This document shows positions 42,534 through 44,019 of a DNA stretch of 44,019 nt, piece by piece. The stretch's first letter is position 1. Every line of letters starts with the position of its first letter. The notes under the pieces were generated by a model that was given only the letters and a program-made list of their open reading frames with translations, was not told the origin of the DNA and searched no databases. The translations under genes were made by a program, and so were the position numbers. This DNA comes from Octopus bimaculoides (lineage: Eukaryota): contig NC_068982.1 of the NCBI RefSeq assembly GCF_001194135.2, positions 177,778,016-177,822,034 of the forward strand, given 5' to 3'.

Positions 42534-43313
42534 ACGTGCATGTGTGCATGTGTATGCATGTATGCGTGTGTGCATATATGTGGATGTCTGTGTTAAATTT
42601 GATTTTCAAAGAGATATTCACATTAGTAGGACAGCTGACTTTTGTGATGGTAAATATTCTATATTTTGGGTTCCAAATGACCATATCCAAATATACAGGA
42701 ACCATTGCTCTAACAAAAAAATCAGATGATTTTTGAAAAACATGATATTTCTAATATTGCTATTGTTTAGCCTCAGATCAGGCCAGACCGTGCACACTTA
42801 TGGAAAAGCAGTCCACTCTGTCCTTCTTTTGGACATTGCAATTCTAAAAATACATGATCAAATGTGCTCTATCTTTTCTCAAAGTAGTAAGGTGTAGTTT
42901 GAGAGAAATTCGGTTATTGCTCATAGCATGTTGAAGGACGAAAAAGTGGATCCCAACTGACAAACCTACTTCAAATCACACCCTAACGTCTTCAAAGAAA
43001 GGCAGATGTATTACAGCATAATGTAGTTCTAGATAAACTATGCTTGAATAAAACAAGATTGAATGATCAAGGCTGGACATGTTTTTATCATAGGTCTACA
43101 CATTTTTCTTTGTTTTTTTTTTTCATAAAACAAAAAATAATTTCACCTCAATAATTTTCACAGCCATAACTGTTTTACCACTTCCTGTCGGTGCAGCTAT
43201 TATACAGTTTTTCCCTAAAAGGGCTTTTGAAATCAATTCTTTTTGATATTCACGGAGTTTAATTTCCTTTGCATTAGTTCTCACTTGTTTTTGATTCTGT
43301 GATGGATTGTTTT
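9258..43313 (-). CDS. DDX58-like: RIG-I-like receptor (RLR; RIG-I/MDA5/LGP2 family DExD/H RNA helicase with C-terminal Zn-binding domain), 10 coding exons in window, 5' part outside window
   Basis: Exons 43313-43147, 42362-42190, 39704-39512, 36948-36786, 35742-35650, 33101-32974, 22441-22312, 21665-21420, 16300-16133 and 9955-9258 all have AG/GT borders and matching phases. Total 2159 nt, one open frame. Motifs occur in RLR order: [63 protein letters not shown]...CITC, KKW. Orthology to RIG-I vs MDA5 vs LGP2 is not resolved. Confidence 0.95.
10101..10162. repeat. (GT)n microsatellite
   Basis: Direct reading. Confidence 0.97.
10163..10340 (+). mobile_element. SINE-like interspersed repeat fragment (family S2)
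   Basis: Resembles a common octopus repeat from recall (...gaccgatagaataagtact...aaggcggtg...cagtcaaa...aaacaagtaaaaga). A similar 3' remnant lies at about 2640-2675. Confidence 0.55.
10350..10473. mobile_element. Tc1/mariner-type MITE, 124 bp
   Basis: 31-bp TIRs (c[c/a]gggtgtccacaaagtctgggtac[c/a]tggag, 29/31 match), TA on both sides, AT-rich core. Confidence 0.85.
10876..11955 (+). mobile_element. Mariner element M2 with both TIRs and a decayed transposase
   Basis: TA|cgaggtggtat...actagtt and aactagt...ataccacctcg|TA. Protein motifs [42 protein letters not shown]. Confidence 0.92.
12318..12586 (+). mobile_element. 3' fragment of the M2 mariner family with right TIR
   Basis: Homologous to 11790-11955, plus the C-terminal segment deleted from M2. 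Confidence 0.85.
13277..14464 (+). mobile_element. Mariner element M3 (different family), both TIRs, decayed transposase
   Basis: TA|ttgggtcatcccgtaaataatgcggttttt versus aaaaacctcattctttatgggatgacacaa|TA. Motifs [36 protein letters not shown]. Confidence 0.92.
14575..14899. repeat. Long imperfect fold-back (inverted repeat) with 7-nt loop
   Basis: Perfect 14-bp core pair 14678-14691/14788-14801. Inner pair agagatcaa/ttgatctct around the loop 14736-14742. Outer pair 14579-14595/14880-14896. Confidence 0.85.
14900..15098. repeat. Compound (GT)/(TA)/(CA) microsatellite
   Basis: Direct reading. Confidence 0.9.
15100..16085. repeat. Strand-asymmetric A-rich low-complexity tract (degenerate AAGAC/AAGAT-like units)
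   Basis: About 1 kb dominated by A with recurrent aagac/aagat/acaaaa words. No ORF similarity on either strand. Confidence 0.6.
16133..16300 (-). CDS. DDX58-like: RLR exon 9: motifs V-VI ([11 protein letters not shown]...[18 protein letters not shown]...HVQKR)
   Basis: Acceptor tattgcag|GT, donor AGA G|gtatgt. 168 nt, phase 1 to 1. Confidence 0.95.
16309..16383. repeat. (AAT)25 microsatellite
   Basis: Direct reading; begins 8 nt from the exon 9 acceptor. Confidence 0.97.
16384..17750 (+). mobile_element. 5'-truncated Dong/R4-clade non-LTR retrotransposon (post-RT, CCHC, RLE)
   Basis: [34 protein letters not shown]...[22 protein letters not shown]...ET..HI...C, RRHN. Confidence 0.85.
17786..17990 (-). 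mobile_element. tRNA-derived SINE, family S1
   Basis: Reverse complement matches other S1 copies (agctggtagaa...ctgagttcaaattcc...tttgcctttcatcc...ggggtcgatgtaatcgac). Confidence 0.85.
18005..19620 (+). mobile_element. Second Dong/R4-clade element (RT + RLE, internal deletion)
   Basis: [36 protein letters not shown] and later W(*)DF.I..D..IEAR.P. Heavily mutated. Confidence 0.85.
19672..19950 (-). mobile_element. SINE-like repeat family S4, older copy
   Basis: (CAT)n tail plus ccatgctggcatg...tttctacagctagatgccc.tcctaa.ccaacc, homologous to the 26358 and 31012 copies. Confidence 0.8.
20030..20175 (+). mobile_element. S1 SINE 3' fragment
   Basis: aaattct.ccaaggtc...gcctttc...aaataagtaccagttgagcactg...aaaatttgaa. 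Confidence 0.7.
20398..20519. other. Assembly gap (122 N)
   Basis: N run. Confidence 1.
20526..20922 (-). mobile_element. Full-length tRNA-derived SINE, family S3
   Basis: Head ggaggcgcaatggcacagtggttagggcagcagactc... with A-box TGGCNNAGTGG and a B-box-like gttttgattcc; (AAC)n tail. Confidence 0.85.
21420..21665 (-). CDS. DDX58-like: RLR exon 8: Hel2, motif IV ([13 protein letters not shown]...TESGP)
   Basis: Acceptor tttattttag|GT, donor CCT G|gtgtgt. 246 nt, phase 1 to 1. Confidence 0.92.
22312..22441 (-). CDS. DDX58-like: RLR exon 7: Hel2i ([21 protein letters not shown]...KILLK)
   Basis: Acceptor attacacag|AAA, donor AAA C|gtaagt. 130 nt, phase 0 to 1. Parallels RIG-I KYNDALIISEHARMKDAL. 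Confidence 0.9.
22848..23140 (-). mobile_element. S3-related SINE with a CORE-like central segment
   Basis: Shares the tRNA head and 3' body with the 20526 copy. The middle reads cttgagcaagacatttta...cactcagttgacaaaaatgag (CORE-like by recall). Confidence 0.75.
23646..23708. repeat. Perfect 21-bp tandem repeat x3 (ttcattatcttaacagtgtac)
   Basis: Direct reading; no spacers. Confidence 0.95.
23710..23890 (+). mobile_element. S1 SINE, 5'-truncated
   Basis: ctgagttcaaat...gactttgcctttcatcctttcggggtcgataaaataagta...ggccttgtaccaaaatttgaa. Confidence 0.85.
23900..24136 (+). mobile_element. S4 SINE-like copy, plus orientation
   Basis: ggaagggcatccag (twice)...aaccaatgccagtatgga...gacgttaaa.gatgatgatgat. 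Confidence 0.8.
25330..25465 (-). mobile_element. S5 repeat fragment
   Basis: Homologous to 31420-31550 (acatggct...aagggacat...caactgacaagcaaatctgtggtattg). Confidence 0.7.
26200..27590 (+). mobile_element. Third M2-family mariner copy, interrupted by an S4 insertion
   Basis: Colinear with 11070-11955 and 12318-12586; right TIR aactagtccaggaacttcttgataccacct. Confidence 0.88.
26358..26700 (-). mobile_element. Young S4 SINE-like copy nested in mariner M2c
   Basis: (CAT)n tail, near-identical to 31012-31180; three internal ~38-bp direct repeats at about 26548-26700. Confidence 0.88.
27901..28111 (-). mobile_element. Full-length S1 SINE (tail type A)
   Basis: Reverse complement runs aaggcggcgtgctagcagaaacgttagcacgccggg...ggccttgtgcctagagtagaaaagaat. 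Confidence 0.88.
28150..28895. other. Assembly gap (746 N)
   Basis: N run. Confidence 1.
29024..29794 (-). mobile_element. Penelope-like element 3' part (linker, Cys cluster, GIY-YIG endonuclease); RT absent
   Basis: ORFs 29794-29321 and 29275-29024 are one frame split by one TGA: ...CTNDNCMVC...[12 protein letters not shown]...YIGKTSR...NEH...HAKDHH...RQIRE. Confidence 0.85.
30121..30900 (+). mobile_element. Head-to-tail cluster of four S1 SINE copies separated by (ATT)n
   Basis: Copies at about 30121-30317, 30374-30486, 30516-30700 and 30704-30900. Confidence 0.88.
30903..31560 (-). mobile_element. S5 repeat (non-LTR 3' end or SINE) with (AAC)n tail, interrupted by S4
   Basis: Reverse complement aligns at roughly 80% by eye to 37136-37548. 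Confidence 0.8.
31012..31180 (-). mobile_element. Young 5'-truncated S4 copy with 8-bp TSD
   Basis: TSD tacacatc at 31004-31011 and 31181-31188. Confidence 0.9.
31926..32645 (-). mobile_element. RTE-clade LINE 3' fragment flanked by (TACA)n
   Basis: [44 protein letters not shown]...[13 protein letters not shown]. (TACA)n arrays at about 31858-31925 and 32646-32706. Confidence 0.9.
32974..33101 (-). CDS. DDX58-like: RLR exon 6: Hel2i ([18 protein letters not shown]...SIQYLE)
   Basis: Acceptor ttttctttaaag|AA, donor GAA|gtaagt. 128 nt, phase 1 to 0. FGTTQYIGW parallels RIG-I FGTQKYEQW. Confidence 0.92.
33540..35010 (+). mobile_element. Second, older copy of the CR1-like LINE; endonuclease segment (33540-33830) inverted
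   Basis: 33850-35010 is colinear with about 1255-2550. Reverse complement of 33540-33830 matches about 60-395 (DAEIHIPKY versus DAEAHVPKY). Confidence 0.82.
35650..35742 (-). CDS. DDX58-like: RLR exon 5: start of Hel2i ([31 protein letters not shown])
   Basis: Acceptor tctacttgcag|CT, donor AGA G|gtaagt. 93 nt, phase 1 to 1. Bridges exons 4 and 6 in frame. Confidence 0.85.
36050..36460 (+). mobile_element. Decayed RTE-like LINE ORF fragment
   Basis: Remnants of W(W)N..VDR.I.EKR...K.GGSKE.Y..AKR.A...VY..RAEAE...F and EDQRLEV, with stops. Confidence 0.55.
36786..36948 (-). CDS. DDX58-like: RLR exon 4: motif III ([11 protein letters not shown]...EHVPVPVE)
   Basis: Not in the ORF track; read manually. 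Acceptor ttttcttccag|GTT, donor GAA A|gtaagt. 163 nt, phase 0 to 1. Confidence 0.93.
37002..37135. repeat. Compound (ACT)n/(AAT)n microsatellite
   Basis: Direct reading; about 55 nt upstream of the exon 4 acceptor in transcript orientation. Confidence 0.95.
37136..37548 (+). mobile_element. S5 repeat, plus orientation, (AAT)n tail
   Basis: Ends ...gatggcatgcgctgctctctcactcaataataat; inverted relative to 30903-31560. Confidence 0.8.
38180..39080 (+). mobile_element. Highly degraded L2/CR1-group LINE RT remnant
   Basis: ESYVVAL*ISKA...VQHENLL resembles the ESxxVALDISKAFDRVWH RT motif; otherwise fragmentary. Confidence 0.4.
39512..39704 (-). CDS. DDX58-like: RLR exon 3: motifs Ib/Ic and II ([11 protein letters not shown]...IIDECHHT...QLPQ)
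   Basis: Acceptor ttttggtacag|A, donor CAG|gtaagt. 193 nt, phase 2 to 0. Contains the DECH box. Confidence 0.96.
39814..40536. mobile_element. Non-autonomous Tc1/mariner-type element, 723 bp
   Basis: TA|tgaggcgtttagtaacaga[cc/gt]gtcgtaag inverted at both ends, TA at 39812-13 and 40537-38. No coding remnant found. Confidence 0.8.
41640..41871 (+). mobile_element. Full-length S1 SINE with Tx1-like 3' tail (tail type B) and 8-bp TSD
   Basis: A-box-like tggcagaa, B-box gttcaaattcc; TSD acacatgc at 41632-41639 and 41872-41879. Confidence 0.92.
42190..42362 (-). CDS. DDX58-like: RLR exon 2: motif Ia region ([27 protein letters not shown]...ESFN)
   Basis: Acceptor ttatttgcag|CAT, donor AAC TT|gtaagg. 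173 nt, phase 0 to 2. KIIE|HHF parallels RIG-I LICEHHL. Confidence 0.93.
43147..43313 (-). CDS. DDX58-like: RLR exon 1 in window: Q-motif and Walker A ([55 protein letters not shown])
   Basis: Not in the ORF track; read manually. Acceptor ttgttatag|AA, donor GAG|gtgaaa. 167 nt, phase 1 to 0. Confidence 0.93.
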
Positions 43314-43416
43314 CTATAACAACATAAAAAAAAATAAGAAAAAATTTTAATGAAATTACTTTTATATATTAAATTATTTTGAGCACACAAATCTAAACAA
43401 TGATATATATATACTA

Positions 43417-43557
43417 ATTCTTAACATGTTCCAGCAGAGTTGGACATGAATATGTTTGTCACTTTTGGATTTTGTCTCCAGAGAGAAGTACTCCACAGAT
43501 GAAGTCCAACAGCAAAAAGTATATTCACATCCAAATCTGCAGGAACATGTTAAGAGT
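43417..43557. repeat. Ungapped 67-bp-stem imperfect hairpin, 7-nt loop
   Basis: 43417-43483 pairs with 43557-43491; 50/67 Watson-Crick, 12 of 17 mismatches are transitions. Confidence 0.88.
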
Positions 43558-43654
43558 GAATGCAAACATTATTTTTATATAATCATCTGTTTCGATGTAC
43601 TTTATAATTAAAATAAAATTATGTTTTCTCTATGATGATATGAGAATCATAAAC

Positions 43655-43954
43655 ACATATATATACTTACATATATATATACATATACACATATATACAT
43701 ATAAATATATATATATGTATATATATATATATACATACATATATATACATACAAATATATATATATATACATACATATACATATACATATTTATATACAT
43801 ATATATAAATATACATATATATATACATATATATATACATACATACATATATATGCATATATACATACATACATATATATACATATATACATATGTGTAT
43901 ACATATATACATATATATACATATATGTATACATATATATATATATATATATAT
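43655..43954. repeat. Compound (TA)/(TACA) microsatellite
   Basis: Direct reading. Confidence 0.95.
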
Positions 43955-43955
43955 A

Positions 43956-44019
43956 CTAGCAGAAATACCCGGCGTTGCCCGGGTTAAAGAGAATAATGAA
44001 ATCAAAAAACGCCGTCTAG
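43956..44019 (-). mobile_element. Helitron 3' terminus
   Basis: Minus strand reads acccgg-gcaacg-ccgggt (hairpin) atttctg CTAG|T, the canonical Helitron 3' end followed by the target T. Confidence 0.75.

Noticed and set aside
43374-43565. Minus-strand ORF or apparent exon upstream of the Walker A exon
   Set aside because: No RLR or CARD similarity. The best phase-1 donor (T|gttaag) would create TAA on splicing. The region is explained by the hairpin.

Overview
Eukaryotic, AT-rich, repeat-dense genomic DNA with three assembly gaps. The SINE, LINE and microsatellite content resembles octopus or another coleoid cephalopod (inference). The only host gene I can support is a RIG-I-like receptor (RLR, DExD/H helicase plus Zn-binding CTD) on the minus strand. 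I reconstructed ten GT-AG exons in consistent phase from 43313 down to the TAA stop at 9258, giving 718 full codons after a split first codon. The N-terminal (possibly CARD) exons lie beyond the right edge. Q-motif, Walker A (GSGKT), DECH and motif VI (QKRGRAR) are intact. Motifs III, IV and V and the CTD RNA-end pocket deviate from vertebrate RLRs, and there is an acidic C-terminal extension. The introns and 3' flank hold decayed CR1-like, Tx1/L1, Dong/R4, RTE and Penelope-like retroelements, several mariners, MITE-like elements, a Helitron end and at least five SINE-like families (working labels S1-S5). The most notable observations are a TSD-bounded tRNA-SINE carrying the 3' tail of the Tx1 LINE found in the same window, a Tx1 LINE pair ending exactly at a mariner transposase ATG, two long intronic fold-back hairpins, and inverted repeats bracketing an in-frame-skippable three-exon block. 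All alignments and identities were done by eye. No prokaryotic features or CRISPR arrays were found.
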